The position numbers and the translations under genes were made by a program. Below the pieces are notes generated by a model, which was not told the origin of the DNA, did not search any database, and was given only the letters and a program-made list of their open reading frames with translations. This document shows positions 1 to 13,653 of a stretch of DNA of 64,000 bases, one piece after another. The DNA lies in contig NC_043015.1 of NCBI RefSeq assembly GCF_006345805.1, forward strand, positions 40,548,001-40,612,000, in the 5' to 3' direction. This DNA is from Octopus sinensis. Lineage: Eukaryota. Each line of letters opens with the position of its first letter. The stretch's first letter is position 1.

Positions 1-85
1 GCAGAGCCGCATGTGGAGAATTTCAGAGGGCGGAGAGAAAGGATGGCTGTGCCTGTCTGTCTATCTACACATGTGTGTGGTTTTA

Positions 86-148
<63 letters not shown>

Positions 149-300
149 GAAGATAAACATACACACACACACACACACAGTTAGAATGAGCTGACTATGT
201 ATGTTAGTGATGGTATTGAGGAAGGAGGAAGATAGTACATACATGTATTTTATATATGTGTATATATAGTTTTATGTGTGTGTGTGTGTGTGTGTACGCT

Positions 301-693
301 TTACTCTCTTTTACTGGCTTCAGTCAATTGACTGCGGCCATGCTGGAGCACCGCCTTTAGTCGAGCAAATCGACCCCCCCAGGACTTATTCTTTGTAAGC
401 CTAGTACTTATTCTATTGGTCTCTTTTGCCGAACCGCTAAGTTACGGAGGACATAAACACACCAGCATTGGTTGTCAAGTGATGTTGGGGGGGACAAACA
501 CAGACACACAAACACACACACACATACATACATATATACGACGGGCTTCTTTTCAGTTTCCGTCTACCAAATCCACTCACAAGGCTTTGGTCGGCCCTAG
601 GCTATAGTAGAAGACACTTGCCCAAGGTGCCACGCAGTGGGACTGAACCTGGAGCCATGTGGTTGGTAAGCAAGCTACTTACCACACAGCCAC
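301..693 (-). mobile_element. SINE family A (octopus tRNA-derived OK/OR-type SINE), near full length
   Basis: Reverse complement of head GGAGTGGCTGTGTGGTAAG...GGTTCAGTCCCACTGCGTGGCACCTTGGGCAAG and tail GGCGGTGCTCCAGCATGGCCGCAGTC...AGTAAAAGAG; near-identical copies at 5903, 16491, 17084, 19193, 20106. Family name recalled, not searched. Confidence 0.9.
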
Positions 694-694
694 A

Positions 695-726
<32 letters not shown>

Positions 727-1009
727 AAGCACCAGCTTATCATCATGGTTAAATGCCATCAACCATTTATTGTTATTGAGAGACTAATGAGCTCCAAACA
801 CCCACACAGTTATCACTGAATTGGTAGATCTTCTGTTTAATGTAATCAGCTGGTTATGACTTATCTATTGTTATCTCAGAGACACTGTCCTTAAGTGATC
901 ATAATAAGTGGCTTCCACAGTGTGTGTGTGTGTGTGAGTGTTTGTATACAGACACACCCACATACTCTCAAGAAGAAAAGAAGAGGCAGGCAAGTAAGAC
1001 AAATATAGA

Positions 1010-1012
<3 letters not shown>

Positions 1013-1050
<38 letters not shown>

Positions 1051-1290
1051 GACATAGAGAGGGAGAGAGAGAGAGAGAAACAGAGAGTGAGACAGAGAGA
1101 GGGAGAGAGAGAGAGTGAGAGAGAGAGAGACAGACAGACAGAGAGTGAGACAGAGAGAAAGACAGAGAGTGAGACAGAGAGAGAAAGAGAGACAGAGAGA
1201 GAGAGACAGAGAGAGAGTGAGAGAGAGACAGAGAAAGACAGACAGAGAGAGAAAGACAGACAGAGAGTGAGACAGAGAGAGAGAGAGACA
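1013..1290. repeat. Compound (GA)n/(GACA)n microsatellite
   Basis: Directly visible; explains ORFs 891..1298, 924..1118, 1087..1326. Confidence 0.95.
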
Positions 1291-1971
1291 GCTATCAAGC
1301 TTGACGGTGAGGGTGTGTGTGTGTGAAAGAGAGAAACAGACTGTTAGTTACACAAGATGAGAGAGGAGGAGATGGAGAGACAGAGATGTTGAGAGAGGGG
1401 GATGAAGCACTGGAGAAAAAGAGAGAGAGACAGATGAAGTCAGCTAAAAACATCTGACATTGGAGGTGGAGAGAGAGGGAGGAGAAAGCCCCCCCCCCAC
1501 CTGCTCAATGATTGGAATGTAGGCATTTTTTTTTAACAAGGTGGTGGTGGTGGTGGTGGTGGTACTGTTGTAGTTATGGCAGTGGTGATCCAAACAGTGG
1601 TGCTGCAGTTGGGGTGTTAGTGTTGCAGTAGAAGAAAAAGAAAGGGGTACAGCGATGGGGGCAGTTTTGGTGGTTGTCATAGTGGTGGTAGTAGTAGTGG
1701 CGGCAGTGGTGAGTACAAGGGGGGGTGGTGATGGCGATGAAGAGGGGGTAGCCATGTAGCTGATAACCACCTCCACCCCACTCCCTCCCACCTAGTTTCA
1801 TTCCTTATTCCCCTAATTCACACGATGATAGGAACCACCACCCCCCAACTGGGAGGGGGTGGGAAGAGAAGGAGAGAAACATGTGAACGAACATATGTAT
1901 GTGTGTACGTGTGTGTGTGTGTGTGTGTATAAATGCATATATATACATGCTCATGTGAATGTATGTCTGTG

Positions 1972-2003
<32 letters not shown>

Positions 2004-2493
2004 GTATGCATGCTCATGTGAATGTATGTATATGTGTGTGTGTGTGTGTATATATATGCATGTTTGTGTGATTGTATGTGTGTGTGTGTGTGTGTGCATG
2101 TATTTGCAAAGTGTGTCTAAATATGCAAGACAGGCATTAGTAGGTCAAACTGTAGATACGTGAGGTGGGGGGGGTAGACAGAAAGATAGATAACAACTAG
2201 AGGGAGGGAGGGAGGTGATAATTAGACAGATAATGAGATGAGGGGGGATGGTGTAGGTGGAAGAGAGAGTGCAGCAAGAGATAAACCTGTTTTTCTTTTT
2301 GTTTTTCTTTAATGTTTTTCTGTTGTTGTTGTCTAACACTCAGCACCTGTCACCCCTCAGGACGGGTGGAGGAGTCGGGTGGATCTTTTCTTTTTTTTTT
2401 TTTTTTCAACTTTTTCTTTTCACTGGGGAATTTGGTTTGTTGTGGTTCCTGGTTCATACAGAAGAAGTGAAGCACAGACAGAATGTTTTATAT

Positions 2494-2520
<27 letters not shown>

Positions 2521-2533
<13 letters not shown>

Positions 2534-2882
2534 CTGAAGTTGTCTGTGTTCAACTAACACTATCTCATCCGAGACCTTGCTGCGCAAGTTGACCAAAATT
2601 GAGAGTATGATAGAAGAAGGCTTGCTCTTCCTTCCGTAGAAGAAAAAAATTCAAATCGGACCATGTTGACACCAAAGATTATTTACATCAAGAAGGTGCT
2701 TTTTTTCCTAGGAAAATCACTATTTTTTACGAATGGTATCGCCATTTTCCGGTGTATTTCAACCAGAAAAATGTTCACTTGAAAGGGAATAACAAGCTAC
2801 ATAATGCAAAACTTTTACTTTTCAAAAATTCCAATTCTAAAGGGTCGAAACAAACCCGAGCAACGCCGGGTGATACTGCTGG
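2521..2882 (+). mobile_element. Non-autonomous Helitron-like element
   Basis: 5' end (TA)n-AAGCTGAAGTTGTCTGTG; 3' subterminal hairpin ACCCG-AGCAACGC-CGGGT (2854-2871) followed by GATACTG-CTGG|T, a CTRR-type end before T; no TIR or TSD. Confidence 0.7.
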
Positions 2883-3292
2883 TATACATATACATATATG
2901 TATATATACACACACACATGCGCACAGAGACACTTATACACACATACATCCAACAGAGAGACAGCCAGCTGGATAGGGAGGGAGATGGGAGGATGGAATG
3001 CATGATGGTGTTTAAATTGTACATCTTCATGAATGAAACCAGTAAATTTGAGAAACAAGACTTAAGGGATGCTGTGATAGTCATTCCATTCATGGGACAA
3101 TTAGCGCCGAGTGGATGCAGTTTAACTGGGACAATAAAGAAACCTGTGTTGAGGACACTTTCATTTGTAAACAAAAACTTACGCGTATGTCTACACACAC
3201 ACACACGGCTTGTATGCATGTGAATGGCAGTGACAGACGTACGTCTCCATTCACCCTCTTACGGAGGAATTTTCAAACTATTTTCACAATTT

Positions 3293-3540
3293 CATCATCA
3301 TCATCATCCTCATTTAACATCCATTTTCCATGCTAGCATGGGTTGGACGGTTCAACTGGGGGTCTGGGAAGTCAGGAGGCTGCACCAGGCCCAGTCTGAT
3401 CTGGCAGTGTTTCTACAGCTGGATGCCCTTCCTAATGCCAACCACTCCGTGAGTGTAGTGGGTGCTTTTTATGTGCCACCGGCACAGGTGGCAGGGGAGG
3501 CTGGCAATGGCCACGATCGGTTGGTGCTTTTTACGTGCCA
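3293..3540 (-). mobile_element. SINE family C (Nin/Deu-like core GGTTGGCGTTAGGAAGGGCATCCAGC, (GAT)n tail)
   Basis: (CAT)n then TTTAACATCCATTTTCCATGCTAGCATGGGTTGGAC...GGATGCCCTTCCTAATGCCAACCAC; more than 10 copies in the window. Confidence 0.85.
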
Positions 3541-3764
3541 ATAACAATCCTTTCTACTAAAGGCACAGGGCCCTGAAATTTTGGGGTAGGCAAAGTCGAC
3601 CTCAGCAGAATTTGACTTCATAACACAAAGCCTGAAGAAAGCTTGCTGCTAAACATTTTAAACTGGGTACAAAAATGGTGGGAGGGAATTAATTTATATA
3701 GAATGGAGTATGAGAACCAGCAGCAGAGCCTTTTGATGGTACCACATGAAAGGTACTGGTGATA

Positions 3765-3992
3765 GTGTCATGTAAGAAAGCACCAGTGCTGGTGCCAGAG
3801 GAAAGTACCTAGTAAGTACCCTGTACACTCTGTAAAGTGGTTGGTATTAGGAAGGGTATAGAAGAAACCACACCCAATCAGACAACGGGACTCAGTGTGA
3901 CACTTAGCCTTGCCAGCCCCTGCCAAACTGCCCAACCCATGCCAGCATGGAAAACAGATGTTAAATGATGATGATGATGATGATGATGATGA
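3765..3992 (+). mobile_element. SINE family C copy
   Basis: GTGGTTGGTATTAGGAAGGGTAT...AACCCATGCCAGCATGGAAAACAGATGTTAAA(TGA)n. Confidence 0.8.
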
Positions 3993-4244
3993 TAACACAG
4001 GAAGGGTGAGCAAATATAAATGATGAAGTGAAACAATCCTACAGGTCAGGGAGTTTTAAAGGTTCTTTTAGGATAACCCCTTCCTCATGTCCGCTTGAAA
4101 ACCTCTTCATCACGTCTGGCAGTGCTGGTGTACCCCGTGTGAAGAATATGGTGTGAATTAGTTGGATACCATAGAACAGGCAGCAGACATGTGTCATATG
4201 TCATTAATCTAATTATAAATAGAATAACTAAATAAATAAAATGG

Positions 4245-4502
4245 TCATTGCCAGTTTCATCTGGTCTCCGTGCCGGTGGCACGTAAAAAGCACCATCCGA
4301 TTGTGGCCGTTTGCCAGCCTCGTCTGGCACGTAAAAAGCACTCACTACACTCTCAGAGTGGTTGGCGTTAGGAAGGGCATCCAGCAGTAGAAACATTGCC
4401 AGATCAGACTGGGCCTGGTGCAGCCTTCTGGCTTCCCAGACCCCAGTTGAACCGTCCAGCCCATGCTAGCATGGAAAGTAGACACTAAACGATGATGATG
4501 AT
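4245..4502 (+). mobile_element. SINE family C copy
   Basis: Internal GGTGGCACGTAAAAAGCAC units, core GGTTGGCGTTAGGAAGGGCATCCAG, (GAT)n tail. Confidence 0.85.
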
Positions 4503-4674
4503 TACCATTGAAATACTGGAATTGATTATCACCGTCATTTACTGTCCATTTTCCATTTTGGCATGGATTGGACAGTTCGAGAGGAGCTTGCCAGCTGATA
4601 AGATCTGCAACAGGCCCCAATTGTCAGTTTCTACAGCTGAATGCCATAGAAACACACACACACACAAATATAAC

Positions 4675-4850
4675 ATCATCTTCATCCCACACCTGTTTTC
4701 CATGCTGCCATGGGTTGGCTGGTTTGAGAGGCACTGGCAAGATCTGGAAGTGCACCAGGCTCCAAGTCTGTCTTGGCAAGGTTTCTATGGCTTGATGCCC
4801 TCCCAAATGCCAACCACTTTTCTGTGTACCGGGGTGCTTTTCATGTGACA
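4675..4850 (-). mobile_element. SINE family C, diverged copy
   Basis: TTTCCATGCTGCCATGGGTTGG...GATGCCCTCCCAAATGCCAACCAC. Confidence 0.7.
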
Positions 4851-5135
4851 CCTGGGACACCAAGTACCTTGCAAAATAAAAACCCTTCAGCTTGGAAAGG
4901 TGAAGGAGCAGTATTGAGGTGGGTAGCTTTGTGCCAGTTGATGAGAGATTGAAAGTATAGAGGAACAGGTGTGAGTGTCTTGCAGTAGGGTAGATACATG
5001 GATACCCCAGGGGGGAAAGGAAAAGAGAATGAGTTAGAAAGAAAGAGAAAGAGAGCAACAATGAGAGAGATTATGATTCCACTCCACCAAAAATGCTGGC
5101 CTTGTGCTGATATTGGAAATCAGTTCCATCAATTT

Positions 5136-5445
5136 AACGTTTTATGCGCCAGTGGCACATAAAAGGGCGCCAGTGGCACATAAAAGGGCACCATTTGAGT
5201 GTGATCGTTACCAGCGTCGCCTTACTGGCACTTGTGCATGTGCTAGTAAGGTGCCATGAGCACCATCCGAGCATAATCGTTGCCAGAGTGGCTAACTGGC
5301 TTCCATGCTGGTGGCACGTAAAAGGGCACCATTCGAGTTTCATCATTACCAATGTCTGTCGCTTCACTGGCACCTGTGCCGGTGGCATGTGTAAAAAGAT
5401 TCGAGCGAGGTCATTGCCAGTACTGCCTGACTGGCCCCCATGCTG
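5136..5445 (+). mobile_element. SINE family C internal tandem-unit array
   Basis: Repeated (G)GTGGCAC(G/A)TAAAAGGGCACCA-type units. Confidence 0.7.
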
Positions 5446-5902
5446 AATCACTAAATTATGGGGATGTAAACACACCAGCATCAGTAGTGAAGTGATGTTG
5501 TGGGGACAAACACACACATATATGTATGTATAAAAGGTCCTGGGTGGGTAGAATGATAGGGTATCTTCAATGCAGCTCTCAACCTCAACTTAAGGCTGTC
5601 CACACTGTCAGATTCTAGACCAATATCAAAATTCTTCAGGGACAGAAAATCCAGTTTTCGCAAAGGTAAAACTGTTGTGTGGGTTATAGCAAAATGAAGA
5701 ATATAATCCAAGTAATAAAACAAAGAAAGACTTCTTCAAGGCACCCTTAACGACCAGTTACAATCGCTTCTGTACCGACTTTGCTTCCGATAGCAGTTCA
5801 CACAAAAATTCCAAGAAAGGACTTATGGAATACTTACGGCTTCAAACATAAGAGTGACATTTCTTCAGAAGATGTCTTAAAGTCTTCGCCTTTCTCTCTC
5901 TC

Positions 5903-6278
5903 TTTACTCTTTTACTTGTTTCAGTCATTTGACTGCGGCCATGCTGGAGCATCGCCTTTAGCCGAGCAAATCGACCCCCAGGACTTATTCTTTGTAAGCC
6001 TAGTACTTATTCTATTGGTCTCTTTTGCTGAACCGCTAAGTTACGGGGATGCAAACACACCAGCATTGGTTGTCAAGCGATGTTGTGGGGACAAACACAG
6101 ACACACACACACACATGTATACGACGGGCTTCTTTCAGTTTCTGTCTACCAAATCCACTCACAAGGCTTTGGTCGGCCCAAGGCTATAGTAGAAGACACT
6201 TGCCCAAGGTGTCACGCAGTGGGGCTGAACCCGGAACCATGTGGTTGGTAAGCAAGCTACTTACCACACAGCCACTCC
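5903..6278 (-). mobile_element. SINE family A, full length
   Basis: Same head and tail as 301-693. Confidence 0.9.
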
Positions 6279-6675
6279 TGCACCTTGATTGGATTATATA
6301 TAATTGTGTTTGGAGGAACATATTATCCGTGCGGATGCCATATTAGCTCTCAGTTAACTTCCAGTTATTGGCTAACCACAACTATTGGTTTTGTTAGTCA
6401 CTCTTCCGATGGGTAATTCTGTGTCCACTGGACAGTAAAAATTATCTTGACCCTACGTTAATATTAATAAAGAGTATGGAACTTGTACATCCAGAAAATT
6501 GATTTTATAGTTATGAACAACATGTTATTATGACCTACATATGTTGCATATAACTTATAAAATCAATTTTGTGGAGGTCCAAGTCTCCATACTCTCTTTA
6601 TTATTTATTTGCGTGCTACCGGCACGGGGGCCGCAACTACGATTCCCATTTGATTTGGTTTTGATATTGATCAAC

Positions 6676-7040
6676 ATCAAATCAAATCAAATAGAAATTG
6701 TAGTTGGGATCCCCGTGCCGGTGGCATGTAAAAAGCACCATCCGAACATGGCCAATACCAGTACCACTTTGACAGGCTTCCATGCTGGTGGCACGTAAAA
6801 AGCACCATCCAATCGTGGTCAATGCCAGCTCCTCTGGCCCCCTGTGGTGGTGGCACGTAAAAAGCATCCACTACACTCACAGAGTGGTTGCCATTAGGAA
6901 GAGCATCCAGCTGTAGACACCTAGCCAGATCAGGTTGGGGCCTGGTGCGGCCTGCTGGCTTCCCAGAAGCCCCAGTCAAACCCATGCCAGCATGGAAAAC
7001 GGACGTTAAATGATGACGATAATGATGACGATAATGATGA
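6676..7040 (+). mobile_element. SINE family C, full length with (ATCAA)n 5' end
   Basis: ATCAAATCAAAT head, internal units, core, (GAT)n tail; inverted partial copy of the head at 6612-6665. Confidence 0.85.
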
Positions 7041-7171
7041 TGAATATATATATATGTACATATTGTATATTGTATGTATATATCCAATATTGTATGCATA
7101 TCTTTTATTTATTTGCCTGTACGGCTGATAATTCACTTACCACTTATGATAGTATTTTAATAATACTATCC

Positions 7172-7214
<43 letters not shown>

Positions 7215-9554
7215 CACACATACATATTGAAAACATAATTATTTATGACCAGCGACTTTGACCACTGGGCAGCTTGTGCCATGCTTTCACAAATAGCTTC
7301 AGGTGCCTGTATAATCACCAACAGACATAGACTGCCTTGACCCAGAGGAACACCAACGATATATCTAGAGAGAGAGCTACACCAGCATTCAGCTGGTGCT
7401 TGTTTACTTCTGAAGAGATTGAAGCAAGATGAGATGAAGTGTCTTGCTCAAGGACACAATGCAGTGCTGCTGCCGAGTCCTTTTGGTTGCAAGCCCAACG
7501 CCCTAACCACATATTTCGATTGAACAAACATCGATTGAATCCAACGGGATTTACACGCAACCAGTCAAAACCATTTTATTTCCAACAATGGTTTCTAAGG
7601 TTACATTATTTAAATTTAATATTGATTGAAGTATTTTGTAAGAGACAGACAGAGACAGACAGACAGAGACATAGAGGAAGAGAGAATAGAAGGGAAGAAA
7701 GAGAGAGAGAGAAGAGAGAGAGAGAAGAGAGAGAGCGTGAGGGAAGGAGAGAGAAAGAAAAGAGAGCAAGAGGGGAAGAGAGTGAAAAGTGAGACAAAGA
7801 CAGAGAGAGAGGGAGAGAAAACAGACATCTGTTTCGTGTGTGTGTATGTGTGTGAGAGAGAGAGGGGGAGAGAGAGAGAGAGGGGGGGGGGAGAGATGAT
7901 TTAGTGTGTAAAAAAATGAAGAACTGCCGGTAGATTGGAAGAAGGTGGAGCGGAAGTTGCAATAAATAAAAGACAAATGTCTGTTGTATTTCACGCGAAC
8001 GAACGAGCCTTCTACCCAGTGCCTTGAGCTGCTAGAAACAGCAGGCACTTCTTTGCACACATCAAAACCTTTTAAAGTTAACTTTATATAAAAAAAAAGA
8101 AAAAAAACAAGATTTACAATAGAAAAGCCAAACAAAATAATGTAGTGTTCGATACATTGCCTGAATAAAAGATGGAACTATCACAGACAGAATGTCTTTG
8201 GTCATAGGTGTGCTGGATTAAGACTGCAATTTTAGCCAACAGTGGCCAGATTAAAAGATAAACAAGCTAATAGATTGGATTACATACAGCCCCACAATAA
8301 TTCAGGGACCTCAAATTTTAAAAGAGATCTGGAACAATCTCTCCTCAACAAGCGACCTTTCCGAGTGCCATCTGGTGTAAATCTGGCGCCGTCCACCTCA
8401 TCAATAACCACGTCTTGCCAAAAGGACTTCTTACGTGACCGCTCGATCTACTAGAAATAACAGCGAAAACCTCGCCAAATAACACCATATTGTCTTTAAA
8501 AAAAAAAAAAAAAAAGGAACAAATAGGTGAACAGGCGGGGCCATAAGAGCGTCAGACAAAATATGCCTTTTGGGTCCTTGCACTCGGCTGGGGTCACCTT
8601 TGCCCTTCATTTTACTGGGGTCGATAAAGAAAGTACAATTTTCAGGCGGTGGAGTGACGGAATCATTAGAGCCTTGTAATATATATATATATTGGCTCTT
8701 TACGATCTGAGTTCAAATCCTGGTAAATTTAAATTCTCTTTTGGTTTAATACTACCATCTCTCACCCTGGGTGACAACCCGTTGTAAGCAGTAGGGCCAA
8801 GGGTCTAGTTGGAAGATATATCTTTTAGTCATCAGGAAGGGCTTTATATATAAAATAGAACAGTCCCAGCTGGAGCTTTTCTTAATCATCGAGACTGCCC
8901 TGTGGCTTAAATGCAATAATTTCATTTTGTATTTTTTTAAATTCTATTTTCCCAGTTTTCTTTCCCTAATTGGGAAAAAATGTGTAAATGTCTACGGTTT
9001 TGCAGGGATTAACCGAGACATGTCACAACTCGACTCTGCATCAGAGACAGAAGTGAGGTATATTTATTAAAGACCAATAGGTATGTGGCTAAATCAAAAT
9101 CTCGTATACCGCATATGACACACGGGACATTTTTTTCCAAAGACCAGAGTAACCAGGAAGTTATGAAAGGAAAAGCTTTATGTTACTCAGAACACCTGAA
9201 AACTAGGGTTAACAAACTATCTGAAAATAAGCATGGACAAACTTATGAAAAGGGTTTGAGCAGGAAAAGGGTCAAGAAGATGTGAGTCACGTTTTTAGCA
9301 AACGGCTGATTGAAAGGAAATACAAGTAGCAGAGTATGAAAGCGAGTTGACCCGGGTCCACAGACGATGACATTTTGTCACGATATTTTGTCAAGTTTGT
9401 TTATCAGGAGGAATAAAGAGGCTTAGTGAGTTAATCCCATAAATTTATTGTTTTTAAATGAAAAATATAATGAATCAACGAAGAAGCGTTCGATGTGGTC
9501 ACAAGACTTGCTCGAAACCGCAGACAAACCGCTTTTAATTAACATCTCACCGAC

Positions 9555-9586
<32 letters not shown>

Positions 9587-9797
9587 AAAAGAGGATACGT
9601 TAAATAAAGTTTTCCTACATACACTGTCTGGGAGAAAATAAGATGGGACTTCTTTGACGGTAGTTCTTGGTGGACGATACCTGAACTCGGGTTAATTAAA
9701 ACATCTGTGAAACTCGCCAAAAGGTTGACGAAATCCGGTGACGAAAATGAAAGAGACAAACGTGGAACAGAGAGAGAGGGGGAGGGAGAGAGAGGGG

Positions 9798-9899
9798 CAC
9801 TTCCGTTGTGTATCGATCGCTTTTCGATTGGACACGTGGTTCCGATTATGTGGAGAGTGAGTGAGAGAGAGCGTGGAGGAGGAGGGGGCAAGGCACGTG
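9798..9899. promoter_or_regulatory. Candidate promoter/enhancer motif cluster
   Basis: CACTTCCG (ETS-like, 9798), ATTGG (reverse CCAAT, 9827), CACGTG E-boxes (9833, 9894) in CpG-containing unique sequence; minus-strand donor GTATGT at 9622-9617 downstream. Confidence 0.3.
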
Positions 9900-9989
9900 T
9901 TGTGGCGTTAATGCCTTTCACAAGAGCGTTTCAGTAACAACGAAACCGAAAGGGAAATCATTATTTTACACCTGTGAGATCGAAGCCGC

Positions 9990-10105
9990 ATCGGTCTGCT
10001 AGAAATAGCAACTAAATCTCCTTCAAACCACATTACTACAATGTCTTAAGTAAGGGAAGGTCGCAGACAGCTGGTCACGGCTGGAAAGCTCTTGGCCATA
10101 GGCTC
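9990..10105 (+). mobile_element. Repeat family E fragment (CTGCTAGAAATAGCA...AAATCTCC...GGTCACGGCTGGAA)
   Basis: Related fragments near 8436, 26560, 33400, 33800 (-), 48090 (-), 54110. Confidence 0.6.
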
Positions 10106-10132
10106 ACTCTATTAAGGATGACCTGTGGCTAT

Positions 10133-10163
<31 letters not shown>

Positions 10164-10235
10164 CATACATACAGACAGGTAGGTAGATAGAGCGATATAT
10201 ATATATATATATATAGAGAGAGGAGAGAGAGAGAG

Positions 10236-10296
<61 letters not shown>

Positions 10297-11668
10297 TACA
10301 TACATACATACATACAGACAGACAGACAGACAGACAGACAGAACTCTTTCAAACATTTTAACAGTGAAGACACAACTGCAATGTCTGCACAAACCGCCTT
10401 TCCACATTTACAACGCGGAAGCGAGAATGAATGAGATTGAGTAACGTTCATCCATTTCCCTTTAAAAGTGCATTTAGCGACCTGACCTCAGTGAACTGAA
10501 AGCGACCATCGTCCGTCCGGTGACCGCCACCGGTTCGCGGATATGTAGTGGCGAAAAAGGGGGAGTGCTTTAGGGGTCAAGAAACACATTATAATAAATA
10601 CGGAGCACCAGACAGGGTACCTAAACACATACACACACTATATATATATGTGTATATATATATATACACACACATATACGTGCGTATATACAAATGCAAC
10701 AAGCGTGGCGGGAGTGATGGTGGAGGTGGTGGATGCGCTCAGAGAAGGCTTAAACAATAACAGTGACAGTGGCAGGAGGAGGAGGAGGAGAGAAAAAAAA
10801 AGAAGAGAGAAGAGATAAATAGAGGACATCGTCTCCCCGCCGCCACCGCCACCAACCACTTCTCCCTCCCTGCCTGCCTCCTCCTCTCTCTCTCTAAGTA
10901 AAAACAGAACTACTACCACCACTTCCACCACCACCACTACTACCACTACTATAGACTACACGTCTATTTAGTCCACCACCACCACCATCATCATCACCAT
11001 CGCCGCCACGAACCAAACAACAAACGTCTCAGCTGCCACATCATCACTTGAGAAACTACTACTACTACTACTACAAGCTGTCGAACGGATTTCCTTAGTA
11101 GTAGTAGTAATAAGGGGGGAGGAGGAGGAGGAAAAGGAAGAAAAACTTAAGACTATAGACATGACACACTAGAGAGACGATTCGGTGGGGGTGACGGCGG
11201 TGGAGGTGGTCAGTGGTGGTGGCGGTGGTGGTGGAGACGAGAATGCAGTGGTGGTGGTGGTGGTAGCGGCGGTAAGACTGTGGTAGTGACAGCGATAAGA
11301 CAGCGGCGGTGGTGGTGGCGGCGACGACGGTGTCAATGCTGTGGTTGTAATGGCGATGGTGGTGGTGGTGGTGTTGTTGGCAGCGGCGGCGGAGGCAAGG
11401 GAGGTAGGCAGGCAGGCGGTGGTGGTGGTGGTGGTGGCAAGAAATAGCTTTACAAACTGAACATTTGGAATATTTTTAAAACAGGCAAAGATGGCGGTGA
11501 CGGCGGCGGCGGCGGAGGCGCTGATGCTGGAAGTAGTTCAACGTTCACGTGTTGGTGGTGGTGGTGGTGGTGATGGCGACGGTTCAGTCTCGCTGATGAT
11601 GATGATGATAGTCGTCGTGGTGCCGGTAGTGATTGGTGGTTGTGGTGGTGGTGATGATGCTGTTAACA

Positions 11669-11712
<44 letters not shown>

Positions 11713-12949
11713 TGTGTGGTGGTGGTGACGAGGAAGAAGGAAGAGAGATTCTGAACCGGAAGATACGAAGATGTAACATTCCAGAATTGATTACACGAGG
11801 AACAGTAAAGGAGGAGGGGAAGAGAATGGCGTTTCCCTACCATTTCTGCTTATGGGAGGGAAGGAGGGATGAAGGGACGATGGCTTATGCCGCCCGTCTT
11901 GTCCCACCTTCGCAACCTCAGAACTCTCGGACCAAAGCGTGTACCCCCCGAGTTCTTAAATACCCGTTTTTTCCATCAATGGACCACACATAATACAAAT
12001 ATATACGAAACGTATGCATGCTACATGCATAGCAAAAGGCCGCCACGTTCGATGAGGATAATGTGACATTCATGCCTCTCCATTCAAAACCTAATTCATT
12101 TATTTATTACAGACACCGAGTCCCAGTTGTTGATGGAGAGGAACCAACCATTTTTTTTTTTGGTCTAAAATTCAAAAAGGTGTCCCATAAAGATTGCAAA
12201 AGCAAATAAATAAATAAAAAAACTCAATGAGAAGTGGATGGGGGGGGGGTCAAGATCTCGGTTTGTGTGGCAAACCCGTCCCTCCCCTCTTTTCTGTCTA
12301 ATGAAGATGGTGGAAGGCTGTGGTGGTGGTGGTGGGGAATTTACCATTCTTCCTACTCAAAGACAGGAAGAGAAACGAGGTTCTAGTGGAGGAAGAACTG
12401 AAGAGAGATTGTCAACAGGAACAGGACACGTTGTATGGAAGACAGGACGGGTGGTGGTGGTGGAATTGTCTTAAGTGTTGGTAGTAGAAGTAGTAGAGGT
12501 GGTGGTGGTGGTGGTCGTGCCTGGAGTGATGTCGGTAGTGGTTGGAACTTGAAGGGAGAAATGAATTCAAAGCAGCGAGAAAGAATGAATGAATGCAAAG
12601 AGTGGTGGAGAGAGGGATCGGTGCAGAGGAGAGGCGATGTGGGGTGGGGCGAGGATATGGGATATTGTCAGAGAGTTTGATGAAAGGACTGACTGGATGG
12701 TTGATGGCACCGGAGTGGTGGTGATTGGTTGGCTCGGAACCCATAAACCAACAACACACACACATCTATCTATCTCTCTATATATGTGTATCTATACATA
12801 TATATATAGATAGATATATATACACACATTCATCTATCTTTCTATATATATGAATAATAATAATGATGATAATAAATATTGAAAACTACGAGTGTTACAC
12901 GTTAGACATCTTTCTGTGTATGTGTGTATACACACACACACATATAATA

Positions 12950-12982
12950 TATATATATATATACACACAACACATATAAGTG

Positions 12983-13032
<50 letters not shown>

Positions 13033-13122
13033 TGTGTGCATATATATATATATATATATAATAGAAATATATAACAGAAAGAAAATAGGAATAATATAAT
13101 ATATATATATATATATATAATA

Positions 13123-13169
<47 letters not shown>

Positions 13170-13170
13170 T
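12950..13170. repeat. (TA)n-rich microsatellite block
   Basis: Directly visible. Confidence 0.95.
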
Positions 13171-13653
13171 ACATATGGGGTGGGAGCACGGGCAGGCGTG
13201 CACCTCTATCTAACCCCGAATAAAGGGACGTATTGTAAGGTAAGCCGCCGCCAACCCGCTCCAAATGAGAGGCCGACACCCATTTTTACTTATGAATGGG
13301 AAATAAATGTGAATTAAAAATAGGGAGCTCAACATTCATACGTGTGTACGTGTGCATGCGCGCGCGTGCGTAGGGAAGACACTTACACACACACACACAC
13401 ACAAACTTTTATGACGAATCGAAATTTAAAGGGACTCGTGTTTTCTGACGGAGGAAAGTAAATCTTCAGGGACCTCGCTTTATCGCCGGACATACATGAT
13501 GATGATAATGATGATGGGTGATGTTAATGACAGTAGTAGTGATGATAATGATGATGGTGGTGATAATGATAACGATATCTTCTTTATAATAAACGATTCC
13601 GTTATATATGAAAGATTGTTTTATTTTTTGTAGGTTTGATATAAGGGGACAGG

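Noticed and set aside
3064-3184. Frame ...WMQFNWDNKETCVEDTFICKQK resembling a C-type lectin end, with a GTATGT donor
   Set aside because: No credible acceptor, several frames open, and no other lectin exons found; resemblance limited to W...C...FIC.
9006-9057. Possible exon MSQLDSASETEV with flanking AG/GT
   Set aside because: Splicing to 13634 gives only a 28-aa product or an immediate stop; no family match.
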